From Naegleria gruberi (lineage: Eukaryota), in NCBI GenBank assembly GCA_000004985.1, contig GG738934.1: a stretch of 64,000 nt of DNA. One strand, written 5' to 3'. Of the stretch, positions 21,442-33,183 are shown in pieces. Made by a program: the position numbers and the translations under genes. Each line of letters opens with the position of its first letter. The first letter of the stretch is position 1. Below the pieces are notes generated by a model. The model did no database searches and was not told where the DNA came from. It saw only the letters and a program-made list of their open reading frames with translations.

Positions 21442-23637
21442 CTAGTTTTCGATATCATCTCTCACAAACTTGTCAAAACCTTTGAGTTTGTAAACAGGTT
21501 CTTCATCTGTTCTGATATCATAAGGTTTTACAATTTCTTGCCATACCCAACCACCTTTTCCATCGAAAACTAATCTCTGTTTATGATATTTCTCCAGAGC
21601 TGGTCTATGTGAAATGGTAATACAGGTAATTTCCATTTTTGTGCACTTTTTGTAAAGTTTTTCCTCATCGTCAGCTGTAATACAGGAAGTGCACTCGTCG
21701 AGAATGGCATACTTTGGTTTGTGGTAGAATAATCTAACCAAAGCCAATTTCTGTTGTTCACCTCTCGAAAGACTATTCCAATCTTGTACAGTTTCGAATC
21801 CGTGTTCACTTCTCGAAACCAGATACGAAATTCCAAAGTCATGCAACAATTCCTCAATCATTCCATCATTCCAATCATCCTTATATTCCTTTTCTGGATA
21901 AATTATTTGTCCTCTCAATGATCCAACGAGATTGTAAGGTTTTTGTGGAAGATAAAAAATTTCCTTATGAAGACCACTTGAATTATTTCCACATGCTTGA
22001 GGTTTGTGGATGCTACCTTCGTGGAGTGGCCACAGAGATCCTAACACTCTGAATAGTGAAGATTTTCCAGCTCCATTACTTCCAGAAATGACAATGTGTT
22101 CCTTCTTATTGACATGAAATGTCAAATTTTTTGCTAAGGTAATTTCATCAGGAGTTTTGATGGTAACGTTGGTGAATTTGATTTCATCAGAGTCGAGTAT
22201 TTCTCCTTTGTGATTCCTTCTGAAATTAATGTTTTGGGAGTTTCCTGTTTTGATTTCTTCTATAATTTGGAAGAGCAACGAAACTCTCTGAGCTAGTCCA
22301 CTTAATCTCAAAATATTTCTGAATAATTCAATGAGATCTCCAAGAGCATAGAATTCCAGAGTTACTACTGCAACCAAATATCTTAATTTTCCTATTAAAG
22401 CGTCACCTTTCAAATGTCTTAATCTTCCAAAAAATGCTGGAAGTCCAATAATGAAAGAACTGTACGTGTGAGGGAAGTATTTAGTTAGGAAATCATTCAC
22501 CATACTAAATGAGAAGTTCTTCTTAATGACAAAGTTTGAATAATCTGTCAACTTGTCGAAATAATCTTCAACTTTCTTTCGTTCGGTTTCGTCTCCACTA
22601 TAGAATGAAATTTGTTCAGAATTTATCGAACATCTATTGTGTAATTGTCTGAAATTACCTTCCATATTCTGAACCTGTGCACTAAATTTAGTAAAATTGG
22701 GAGAAACTCTTGACAAGATTCCAACAGCAATAAAAAAGTAAACCGAAACTGAAACGAAACCACTCCAGCCCATCAATCTCACCAATTCATTCGTGTAAAG
22801 CACCAAATCCACACTCGGATGTAAAATATCCGTAAAAAGCTCAGAAATCCTCATTGAAAGAATCTCAATATCTTGAGTAATTCTTTGGTCAACTGCGCCC
22901 AAACGTCTATCCAAATTATTGATCTTGTAATAACACAAATCTGAAAAGTATTTCTCATGTAGATTCATTGTGAGATTCTTTCTGAAATGGAGAGCCATCA
23001 ATTCAATGAGATAATTAAGAGTTGGCGAAAGTAAAGATTGCAAGATGATTGAGAAGAGAAACTTGACGAAACTTTCAAAGAATAAATCCCTCTTCTTGGA
23101 TAGGAGATATTCCATCATGTCTCCACTAATAAAGTTTGATCGACAAATGACCACAGACTTTAGAACAACCAAAGACGAAACCATCACAATCAATCCAATA
23201 AATTTGTTTCTTCCTTTCAGATATCTCAAACTTTTGTTTTCATCATCATTGGTTGGAGTTTTAAATCCTATTCGAAGTAAATTATACATGTTCATCATAA
23301 AATCCAAAAAGACGTTTTGAATTTCTTTCGTTTCCTTTCGTGTAGAAGGTTTCGACTGTTTCGGATTTGCTATTTGATGTTCATTAGAAATGGATCGTTT
23401 CCTTGATGGTTTCTGTCTCTGACTAACATAATAACCACCAACCAATCCACTAAATATCAATGCAAGGGATAAAATTTTGTAAACTTTCCCATTCGACTTG
23501 AAATGTTGTAAAATTCGTTTCCAATAATGTAAACTTTGCAAATAATCCAAAGATTTGAAATGAGAAAATGAAGTTGCCGATGAAGGCATGTATGGAGAAA
23601 GAGTTGGAGAATCTACCTTTGAAAATACAGCAGGCAT
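21442..23637 (-). CDS. ABC transporter, subfamily D (peroxisomal-type half transporter)
   Basis: ATG at 23637..23635. 731 aa: an N-terminal TM domain, Walker A GSNGAGKSSLFR, the ABC signature LSRGEQQKLALVRLFYHKPKYAILDECTS and Walker B ILDE. The YHKPKYAxLDECTS context is characteristic of ABCD/ALDP. Confidence 0.85.
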   Translation of the reverse strand: MPAVFSKVDSPTLSPYMPSSATSFSHFKSLDYLQSLHYWKRILQHFKSNGKVYKILSLALIFSGLVGGYYVSQRQKPSRKRSISNEHQIANPKQSKPSTRKETKEIQNVFLDFMMNMYNLLRIGFKTPTNDDENKSLRYLKGRNKFIGLIVMVSSLVVLKSVVICRSNFISGDMMEYLLSKKRDLFFESFVKFLFSIILQSLLSPTLNYLIELMALHFRKNLTMNLHEKYFSDLCYYKINNLDRRLGAVDQRITQDIEILSMRISELFTDILHPSVDLVLYTNELVRLMGWSGFVSVSVYFFIAVGILSRVSPNFTKFSAQVQNMEGNFRQLHNRCSINSEQISFYSGDETERKKVEDYFDKLTDYSNFVIKKNFSFSMVNDFLTKYFPHTYSSFIIGLPAFFGRLRHLKGDALIGKLRYLVAVVTLEFYALGDLIELFRNILRLSGLAQRVSLLFQIIEEIKTGNSQNINFRRNHKGEILDSDEIKFTNVTIKTPDEITLAKNLTFHVNKKEHIVISGSNGAGKSSLFRVLGSLWPLHEGSIHKPQACGNNSSGLHKEIFYLPQKPYNLVGSLRGQIIYPEKEYKDDWNDGMIEELLHDFGISYLVSRSEHGFETVQDWNSLSRGEQQKLALVRLFYHKPKYAILDECTSCITADDEEKLYKKCTKMEITCITISHRPALEKYHKQRLVFDGKGGWVWQEIVKPYDIRTDEEPVYKLKGFDKFVRDDIEN

Positions 23638-24465
23638 TTCTTTTTGGCAGTTTACAATTTTTTGTATTTGAAATTTTTTGTCGGTTGTTGTAAAGTATGA
23701 AACTCTGTACTCTCTTAATTTGAATGATTGCTTTGTTGTGAGTTTACTGTTCTGCTTGGTTGTTCTTATAATTGAGGTTTTTTTTTGGAGAGATTTTAAG
23801 AATCTTTCAAATCAATTGAATTTCTAATAATAGAGAGCATTACTATTTATATTTAGAATACAAAAAGAAACAAATTTGGTGTTTTCAATATTTCATGATC
23901 TTCCGTGAGCAGAGTGACCCTCCCTTAAAATTGTTCCATTTTTCATAAAGATAATAGAGGAGATCAAAGTACTCCGAGTCACAAAAAATGAATTTTGTAA
24001 ACTTTTGTAATTCTCAACTAAGTTTGACGCCTTCCCATCCAAGAGGTTATCCTACATTCCAGGATTGGTCCATTACTTCATTTCACAAATAGAATTGCCC
24101 TTCTGCACACTTTTAATAAAAACTAATCTACTGTTTATTCGCTGGTATTTTTATTGGTCAAGTTGACCAATAGATTTGTCATCTTCATTGGCTATATCTA
24201 GAAACGTTTCATTACTCTAAACAATGATGTTACTAATGCATTAATGCATTGGCTTTAATTTCAGTAATATCATTGCATAGTAAGTACAATGAAAAAAAGT
24301 ACATTGGTTACAAAAAGCATTACAATTTTTAGCTACTTCAATGGAAATCCGGATGGTGTTTGTGATGGATTAATGTTGTTGTCAAGAGATGGAAATATCT
24401 TTCCGTTTGTGAACTAGTGTTGCCGTCTGTCAGATATGTCACTTCACTGACACAAAAAAAAAGCC

Positions 24466-26631
24466 ATGAAGAGCTCTTTGCCTTTCCTATCATCAACAGT
24501 TTTTCCTACGCTGAGCACATTGTTCTTCCTTGTTTTTCTCTTCAATTACTCGTATGCAACAATAACACCAGTCAATTCGAATCAACTTTCGAATAAGACA
24601 ACAATTTTGGCGGGAGACAATTTTCTGTACCTATTTGTGTGGAAGGACTTGCAAATTCATTCGCTGGATGATTTATTTTCTGGTAATGCTTCATCTAAAC
24701 CACTTAAATTCTTCTCCTTTGATACTGATAATATTTCTACGATTAATATGAGGAAAATGATTGGAATGATAAATACGAAACAGTTTAATTCGATACCAGA
24801 AAGATGGAATTTTTATCAGATTCAATTTGGAAGAAATTCTGAATGTATATTTGGAAGTGTTTTTGAAAATTTTGATATCATGATTGGGAGATCAAGTGAA
24901 TTTTCGGATAGGATTCGATTAAATAGAAATCATAGACGAAACAGAAAGAAAGAGGGCGATGATTGGTTGAATTCTAATGATTTTGTCGCAATTCCACTCT
25001 TTCCAACAAGATTTTACATTGAGAGTGATGGGAATGAAGTGGATTCTTCTCAAATTACTCAAGAATTATTCGAAACATTATTGAATGTGACAAACACGAC
25101 TCAATTGACTTGTAAACAATCGGTTGAACATGATAGCTCACTATTTGAAAGACTGCACGGATCTCTATACATGACAAATCAACAATTTGATTGGAGTGCC
25201 AAATACTTTAACATTTCATCGGACTATTCCTATAACATGACATTTATTTCACAAGCAACTATTCGATACGAATCAGCAGGTGGCCAACCATTATTTCTAA
25301 CAAATTCAATAATAGATAGTCAATTATGGTCATCCTTATGTTTCAAATGTGATAGCTTCTCATGTGTGTCAGAACGTTGGGGATGGCAAGACACTTTGGA
25401 TATCATTGTAGTTTCGTTTGGTTTCGTATTCTATGCCATTCTCTTCATTTCTGGATCTTTCAAATCACCAGTGGTCTACCGAAAGTATGGAATCATTTTC
25501 GTTGCAACATTTTTCAATATGTGTGAATTCTCCTCAACCCTTAATGCCTTCAACAATACGTGCGTCACCTTGGGCGTTGTTTTTGCCAATTTTTCCGCAT
25601 GCATGATGGCATTCATTTATATTTTCACAGTTTTGAGATACTTTTATTTGAGGAATTTGTATCATTTTGTAAAGAATTCGAAACATCCCAAGTTTCTAAA
25701 GTATTTGGCGAGTGAATCGTTGGGTTTCGTCTTTACAATCGTCTTGCCAATTCCTGTGAGTGCACTATTTCTAATACCAATATGGATATTGATACCGAGC
25801 TATAGTTTACCAACAATTAATACCACCAATAATTTAATTGTCATATTTATTTGTGCACTGTCATGCATTGCTGGTATTATTTTCTTACTTTTTGATGCAT
25901 TCAAAAATAGAAATATCATTTCCAAATATGGATTTAGAAGATTTTTCATTTTTGAAGATCCATACTATTTCAGAATTGACCTCCTCTCCCTAGTGGTCAT
26001 ACTAATAATCCTCATTGCTGGTGCAATCGTCTTTGCGAGTGCTCCTACCTATGTGCCAGCATTAAGGTTTTGCATTGGATTGGCAATTTACATGATTGGC
26101 GGTGGAACTTCAATGATATTTCTTCTATTGGAACGATTGAAATCACTAAGCAAGAAGAAGATTCAATCGTATGAGAAAATGGACAAGTATGATATTTACA
26201 TTGAAATGATTAAGAAGAATACCAATGAGGATTTGATTCAATTATTTAGAACTTATTGTTCCAAATCATTGGCTCTGGAAAATTACATGTTCATTGAGAT
26301 GGTTATGGAATCTAAGAGAAAATCAGAGAATATTTCAATTGAAAATTTGCAGAGAATTCACAAACAATTTTTAATTCCTTATTCGGCTTATGAGGTCAAT
26401 ATTCCATCAGGTGCCAGAGAAAGATATGTCGATAATTTCGAAAAGGTAACGAAAAATAATGAAACCAAGACGAATATTCAAATTTTGGACGAAATCATGT
26501 TGGAAGTGGAAGCAAATCTCAAATCAACATTTAACAGATTTGAGAGAACTTCAGAATTTTTGGAATGGAGAGAAATCTATGCACTCCAAAAAGAAAAATC
26601 TGCCATTAAAACTTTCCCAATTGAGCTATAA
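24466..26631 (+). CDS. seven-transmembrane protein with a C-terminal RGS domain (7TM-RGS), signal peptide and ~290-aa extracellular N-domain
   Basis: ATG at 24466. Signal-like N-terminus (LFFLVFLFNYSYA). About seven hydrophobic helices lie between aa ~300-560. The C-terminal region LFRTYCSKSLALENYMFIEMVMESKR...IHKQFLIPYSAYEVNI...FNRFERTSEF fits an RGS box. Confidence 0.7.
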   Translation: MKSSLPFLSSTVFPTLSTLFFLVFLFNYSYATITPVNSNQLSNKTTILAGDNFLYLFVWKDLQIHSLDDLFSGNASSKPLKFFSFDTDNISTINMRKMIGMINTKQFNSIPERWNFYQIQFGRNSECIFGSVFENFDIMIGRSSEFSDRIRLNRNHRRNRKKEGDDWLNSNDFVAIPLFPTRFYIESDGNEVDSSQITQELFETLLNVTNTTQLTCKQSVEHDSSLFERLHGSLYMTNQQFDWSAKYFNISSDYSYNMTFISQATIRYESAGGQPLFLTNSIIDSQLWSSLCFKCDSFSCVSERWGWQDTLDIIVVSFGFVFYAILFISGSFKSPVVYRKYGIIFVATFFNMCEFSSTLNAFNNTCVTLGVVFANFSACMMAFIYIFTVLRYFYLRNLYHFVKNSKHPKFLKYLASESLGFVFTIVLPIPVSALFLIPIWILIPSYSLPTINTTNNLIVIFICALSCIAGIIFLLFDAFKNRNIISKYGFRRFFIFEDPYYFRIDLLSLVVILIILIAGAIVFASAPTYVPALRFCIGLAIYMIGGGTSMIFLLLERLKSLSKKKIQSYEKMDKYDIYIEMIKKNTNEDLIQLFRTYCSKSLALENYMFIEMVMESKRKSENISIENLQRIHKQFLIPYSAYEVNIPSGARERYVDNFEKVTKNNETKTNIQILDEIMLEVEANLKSTFNRFERTSEFLEWREIYALQKEKSAIKTFPIEL

Positions 26632-29232
26632 AATTGTTTTCACTTGTTGCACTTTTTTATTAGAACATTAAAAATTCTTCATCTCAATCTTCTGCTGGAC
26701 ATCACAACATGCATGTTGTGGTAATCTATGAAAACTCCCAAACAGTGGCCTCTCCTCTGTTGGCCTCATCATGTAACTCTACATGTTTTCAAAAATTCAA
26801 CCGATACCATTGATTGTATTGTGAAGAGATTTGGTTCTTGTCAGAGAGTTTATCTGAAATTCTATAATTCAAAAGACTTGTCTATCCATGTCAAATCTAC
26901 ACATTATAGTGCTCGTTCTGCCAACAAGAAGTTGATTGAATACTTTCAACATAAATTGGCACATTTCTTGTTTTTGGATGCAGATACCTTCTTGGTTCAT
27001 GGTTTTGATGGTCTGGTATGTGCTTGAGAGTATCTGTATAAGTTTAAACAGAATCAAATTATTTCATGTCATTCTTAATTTTGAGACAGAAAGAGTATAA
27101 CTTTTGATTTTAGTGAATATTTCACAACAGAGGTGTTGAATGAAGAATTAGTGCATTGCACAGAAAAGGATAATGTTGATAGATAATTGCTAAATTATTT
27201 TTTTTGTTCTTGCACAAGATTGTTAAATACGAGTTCAAGAACATGTAAGAGTATAGTTAGGATTTTCAATCCAATCAAATAAGTGCTCACGTCGTGGAAA
27301 GATGGTATTTCCACAATTTGGATTTGAAAGTGTCTGGATTGTTGTGAATGGAAGATTGTCATAATTACAACCCCACTGTAAGATCGTCCCAACAAATCCT
27401 GGCCACTGCATGTGAGTTTTTTCACACTACCAGCAAACATGTTACCGCTGAAAGTTGAATGTTCTGACCGTTATAAATTCAACAAAAAAAAACAACAAAC
27501 AACAATTACTCATGATTTCATCACCACCCTGCTAACTACCAACCTTCATCAGTACCACCAGGAGGAGAGTTCTCCCTTTGCTTCCTTCCACATCAGCCAT
27601 AGCACATTCAACCATAACAATCTAGATGAATGCCTACCCAAAGTTGTTGGTACACAAACAATCAAGAACCCAGAAGTACTTGTTGCTAGCAGAACAAGTG
27701 ATAATTGATACTTTGAACGCTGTCTCACTCTTGGCTAATAAACCTTCGGCTCTACTTTTGCCAATTTTTGTTTTTGCTCTGCTCTACTTTCTGACCCACT
27801 CTGGACCACGTAATTATGGACATCCTTTTTTCACGACCCACCCACCCCCACATAATTATGACAATCTTCCAATAACATTTCATGAAACCATGTTCCATTC
27901 GTTTTTCTATCGAGAGTATTGAGCACATCCTGATCAGCCAATTGTGTAACTCCAGAATCTCTTATACTCATTTCCAGTGTTTCTTTCCATGGATATTGCA
28001 ATGATTTGTGTACATCAACTAGAAACATTCCAGAATTCTACGTCTTGTATTTATTAAAGAAACTGAGGCTCGAACCATACCAAAAAAATTGATATGAGTG
28101 TGATCCCTATCTTGTAGATGTTGAAAAAGTTGGTTATCTTTGAAATATGTTCACAATGAGTTTGATAATTTTTGAATCACTCTTGAAGGAGTGAATCAAA
28201 AAAGGTTTGGAAATCTCTCTCCAAGCCAAAACATAAAATAATGAAAAACTGATAATAAATATGGTGTTTATTAGTGATTTAAACAATAGTACTAGAAGAA
28301 AGTTTCCAAGTTGGTGAAGTACATGTACTTTTTAAAGTAAAATGTTGAGTTTCACCAAAATAAAGATATTTCCAAGACATAGAAATCACCCATACTATTC
28401 TACTATATTAAATATATCTATGATGACGGTTGGTGAGTGTTCCGATGATGGTTTACCAACTTGAAAAATTATAATCCAAAAATTGATTTACTATTTTATG
28501 ATGAAAGTCCAATAATAAAAATTACTACTATTACTACTATTTAGATGATGTTGAGATGATGATGTGAAAGTTTGGCAGCTTACAGATGTGAAACCACTCG
28601 AAGAATCATCAAGATGTTGAAATATTTTTTCAGTATGTTTCAACATTGAAAATTGAAAATCGTCTGTAAACTGCACAACTTGGCTTACTTTTCTGTTTGT
28701 GATAATAGGAAATGAAGAGTTTGAAAAGATTAGATGTAAGAGGCAACGCTTTTTGTTATTTTGGAAAAGGAAAATGCCTTAGAGATATGAAATTAGAATA
28801 TCTAGCAGTATTTGATGCAGATGTAGAATAAATATTGCTTAATACTAATAGTGTTATTATTATTATTATGGTGGAATAATAACATTGATGATGATTGTTG
28901 GTTTGCATCATGATGAATCATCCTCCGAATAATCCACTTGTAAAATTACTATTACTATTAATACTATTAATACTATGAACATGAATGTTGAAATGATGGT
29001 GCAAAAGTCTCAGAGTTTCCTCATGTAAAATTATTCCGAGAATCAGCAACACCATTGAAGAACAACATGTTGAATATTTTTTTTTGCTTAATTTCCGTTT
29101 TTTATTAATTTTTTAATAGCAAACGATCAATTTATCTTAATATTTACAATTATTTGACGTTATAATATTAAAGTATTAACCTCTAGCCAAAACTTCAACA
29201 AGCTTACAACATTAAATTCCATTACAAAAAAA

Positions 29233-32200
29233 ATGAAAAAATCACTTTCTCTCGATTCTGTCCAATTAACCTCCGATTCTTCAGACAGTGACTCATCAGA
29301 ATATTACTACAATTATAATAATAACAATCATCATCACCATCATCATCATGGCAGTAGAAAATTCTCTCCCTCCACTCCCATCAATCCGATGAGCACTAGC
29401 TTGAATGAATTTGTTGCAAGTTCGAGGAAACACAATACATCATCACTCTTTGATGTCGATGAATCGACGACAACTAATAGTGATACTCTATCAGTGTATC
29501 AGAGTGTGCCGTTATATCTTCCTCCGACTGCTTCCGAAAAGGAGAGAAGAGAAGTTTTGCAATTGAAGAAGAGGAGACTCTTCCGATCACCTCGTCCCAA
29601 TGAGATTAGAAATAAGACGACTGAAAAGTTGGTTAAATTCGGATATTCAATGAGAAAGGATAATATTAAGAGACAAATCAAGGAGATTGCAAAACATCCT
29701 GGAAAGACCATTGAGAATATTCATGCCAAGGATGTTAAAAAGTCTGTCAAATCATTCTTTAGACATTTACCTCACTTTATTGTTTACTTTTTTGTGATTT
29801 TAATTTATTTCAGAGATGTCGTGTTGAATTTCTTTAGATTTTCGAGATGGCCAACGATTATTTTCCTACCTTTTATTATAATTCTTGGAATTCAAATTCA
29901 TGCTTGGATTATTTGGTTTAAGGAAATTTTGAATATTGTAATATTTTACAATATTTTAATATCTGTAATATTTGGATCGATTGTTTTATATTTTGGAGAT
30001 TGGATTCTAGTGCACTTGTTCCCTAAATTGACGGCCTCTGTGTTGGATGGTCACATTCTAGAGACAACATTGGCAAGATTCTACTCTGTTCCAGTTTCAT
30101 TCAGTTTTGATATTCCTCAATTTTCTTTAATGCCCTTCTACAATAAGGTTACACCCATTCACATAAAGAAGCAACGGTTGAAACTGGAATCATCATTGGC
30201 CCCAATAACAAAGTCAGATGTTTTTTTGGATGTTAAGGAGGAGGATAAGGATCCAACACTTGTCAAATACAAGAGAAAACTACTGAATGAGAAACAAAAT
30301 CAATATCCATTCGATTTATTCAGAAAGATTGGAAAATATGTTCAATTAGAAAAACAAGGAAAACTCAAAGGAGAAGAAGGAATTTTGGAAAAATTGGAAA
30401 AATTGGAAAAATTAGCAGAAAGAGGAATGAGGGATTTGGACGATAGCGATTATGGATCTGATCTCCTGAAACAAATTACACCCTATAGAGATTGGTTTCC
30501 ACTCCAAAAGAATTGCAAAGTAACTCTCTACCAGGATGCACAAGGTGGATTCAATGGAAGAAATTGTTTCTCAGACATGTATGATGCCATGGAAAATGCC
30601 AAGCAAATTATTTACATTACCGGTTGGTCCTTGAATCCAAATATTAGACTCAAGAGAGATAGTGATGATCCAAAGGAGAGTAGAACCCTTGGCGAATTAT
30701 TGATCGATAAGGCAAATGAAGGAGTTTCTGTTTTTCTCATATTGTGGAATGAAACTGGTAGTAATATTGCCTCAAATATGGACACTGGTGATGGAGAGGC
30801 TATCAATTATTTTAGAAATACTCGAGTAGTAGCCATTCTGTCAAGAAGATCCGGCTATAGTGGTCTAGTTTTCTCTCACCATCAGAAAACTCTCATTTGC
30901 GATAAATATGTTCCAGAAAAGAAGAAGAGATCAATTGTTGCATTTGTGGGTGGATTGGATTTAACAAAGGGAAGATATGACTCTCCATCACATTCCCTAT
31001 TCAGCACTCTCGAAACATATCACAAGGATGAAGTCTATTCTTCAAGACCTTTGGAAAATAAGAAACTTGGACCAAGACAACCATGGCACGATATTCATGC
31101 AATGATTGAAGGAAAATGTGCTTATGATATTTTACAAAACTTTGAAGAACGTTGGACTACTCAACTAGGTTATGTTTCATTGCCTAAACGACCAACCTAT
31201 GTTGAAAATTTCAAGGAAAATCCTTGGTGCGTTCAAGTGTTCAGATCTTGTGATTCCGATTCAATTAGACCCTTCACCAATTCATATACTGTTTTCCCTC
31301 GTATCCAAGAAGCTTACATTAGTCTCATTCAAAAGGCTCAACGTTTCATTTATATTGAAAATCAATACTTTTGTGGAAGCGCCTTTTTGTGGAGCAATAG
31401 ATTGGATGCTCAAACTATGAATAATAGAATTCCACACGAATTATTGGAAAAGATTCATGAAAAGATTCAATCTAATGAGCCATTTACTGTATTTGTTGTT
31501 ATTGTAAGTAGTTTTTCATTAATTTTTCTTTTGACCTTTAAATTCAATTAGCCATTATTGTAAGTAATTGTAATTTCTACTCGGATTTAAAATTGGAAAT
31601 ATGCAAAGCCCTGATGGAATGAATTCACCAGAAAATCAATTCCAACAAGAACAAATCTTCTTTACCTACAGTACCATTTGTAGCATGTACAAAATTATTG
31701 GAGAAATGATTGAAAAGACACAAATGAAGAGCTATCGTCCAACAGATTATTTGAAATTCTTCTGTTTGGGAACTCGTGAGGAGTGTGAAAATGTGAATGA
31801 GAAATTGGAAGGACTCACTAAGGGATCGCCTCAGTACAAATTATTGAAAGCTCAACGATCAATGATTTACGTACACTCCAAGATGGCAATTTTCGATGAT
31901 GAATACATTATTGTTGGATCTGCAAATATCAATGAAAGATCAATGTCAGGTGATCGAGATTCTGAAATTTCCATTGGTGCTTTCCAATCAAAATCCGAAA
32001 CTGACTCACAACAACCTTCAGAAATTAAGAATTTCAGAAAGAATCTCTTTATCGAACATTTAGGAGAATGCAGTGAATGTAATAATTGGGAAGATCCACT
32101 CGATCTTTTCACACAACGAAGAATCGATGAAGTTGCTGAGGACAATTGGGAACGATATACATCAGAGGAATTCAGACCAATGCGTTCTCATTTAATGCAC

Positions 32201-32320
32201 TATCCTGTCATTGTGGATGTTGATGGAAGTGTCTCAGCAAGAGTTAAATATTTCCCAGATACGAGAGGACGTGTTGAAGGTGTCAAGAATTTACTTTCTC
32301 CTGACATTCTCACTCAATAA
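29233..32320 (+). CDS. phospholipase D (two HKD motifs) with N-terminal transmembrane segments; 3 exons including an 8-nt micro-exon
   Basis: Exon 1 29233..31503. Intron gtaagtag..aattag 31504..31551. Micro-exon 31552..31559 (ccattatt). Intron gtaagt..caaag 31560..31608. Exon 3 31609..32320. HKD1 is HHQKTLICDKYV and HKD2 is HSKMAIFDDEYIIVGSANINERSM. The splice restores VVIPLFPDGMNSPE, which aligns with the canonical PLD VVVPMWPEGxPES. Confidence 0.85.
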
Positions 32321-32365
32321 TTTGAAAATCTTTTCCATTCAGATCTTTAATCTTTAGAAGAATTA

Positions 32366-33183
32366 TTGAAAGCAAATAGAAAGATTTCGGATTTTGGAAG
32401 TGCACTCACAAATCAAAAACTTTACATTAAAAAAATGCAATTAGAAAGAATTGGCACCTCTTCAATCTATTTTTCTGTTTCACTGTTGGGACTTGTTCTT
32501 CCCTTTGTCTATTCGAAAGTCAAACGACAAAAAATTGCTGGCTTCTTCTATGCACTCGGAGCAGCTCAACTGTTCTTTTCTAATGTTTATTGTAATGGTT
32601 TCGGTAACTTTCCAATATTTCCTTGGTTTATTCATGTGTATTTTCTTTCGGCTGGAGTGACAAATAATTTCTTATTGGTATTTTGGAAGAAATTAAACCA
32701 GCTTGGTATACGTATTTGATTAGTGTACCTTCAGCTTGGTATCTTGTATATTCCGCATTAGGAAGTTTAGTTTCGCCAATTTTATTTGGACTTTCATTTG
32801 TTCCTCCTGTATTACTTTTCAATAGAAGATTGGATAGTTTGATAATTAATTCAAGTGTTTTGGCAATTTCTCTGCATTCACTTTATATTTCAGCTGCCAG
32901 CCCTTCATATTGTAAAGAAATAGTTCACATTGATGCGACAAGTGACAGACAAGATTGTGGAGACGAAGTAACAGAGCTGGAAACAAATATTGAAATTCAT
33001 CAAGATGAGTCCAAAATAATAAGAATTTTCCAATTGACAGGTAAGAAATTAATTTTCAAAAGATTTCTGACATTTCAAAGATGTTCACATGGGACCTTTC
33101 ATGTCAAAGCACAAATTATTAAGTTTATGTGAAAAAATTGCGAAAGATTCCACAATTGATTTGGTTTTTATCACAGGAGATAT
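32366..33183 (+). CDS. multi-pass membrane protein with a probable C-terminal metallophosphoesterase domain, 5' portion; frameshift or introns unresolved, 3' end lost in the gap
   Basis: ORFs 32366..32719 and 32683..33132 carry hydrophobic helices in two overlapping frames (a possible ~100-nt intron ggtttcg|gtaac...aaaccag|ct, or a frameshift). A phase-1 GTAAGA..AG intron at ~33050-33080 joins to ...VHMGPFMSKHKLLSLCEKIAKDSTIDLVFITGD (a calcineurin-like phosphoesterase motif I, DxVxxTGD), which runs into the N gap. Confidence 0.3.

Noticed and set aside
11715-23637. Apparent 'metabolic cluster' (malonyl-CoA decarboxylase, alternative oxidase, citrate synthase, ABCD transporter, plus L2HGDH at 55.6 kb)
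   Set aside because: This is eukaryotic nuclear DNA with independently transcribed, intron-containing genes on both strands, interleaved with unrelated genes. Co-location is most likely coincidental and not an operon or biosynthetic cluster.
26728-27922. Several 60-100-aa ORFs in the 2.6-kb spacer between the RGS gene and the PLD gene
   Set aside because: No ATG context, low-complexity translations and mutually overlapping frames. The region is more likely promoter/spacer. It could hide a small multi-exon gene, but nothing is supportable.
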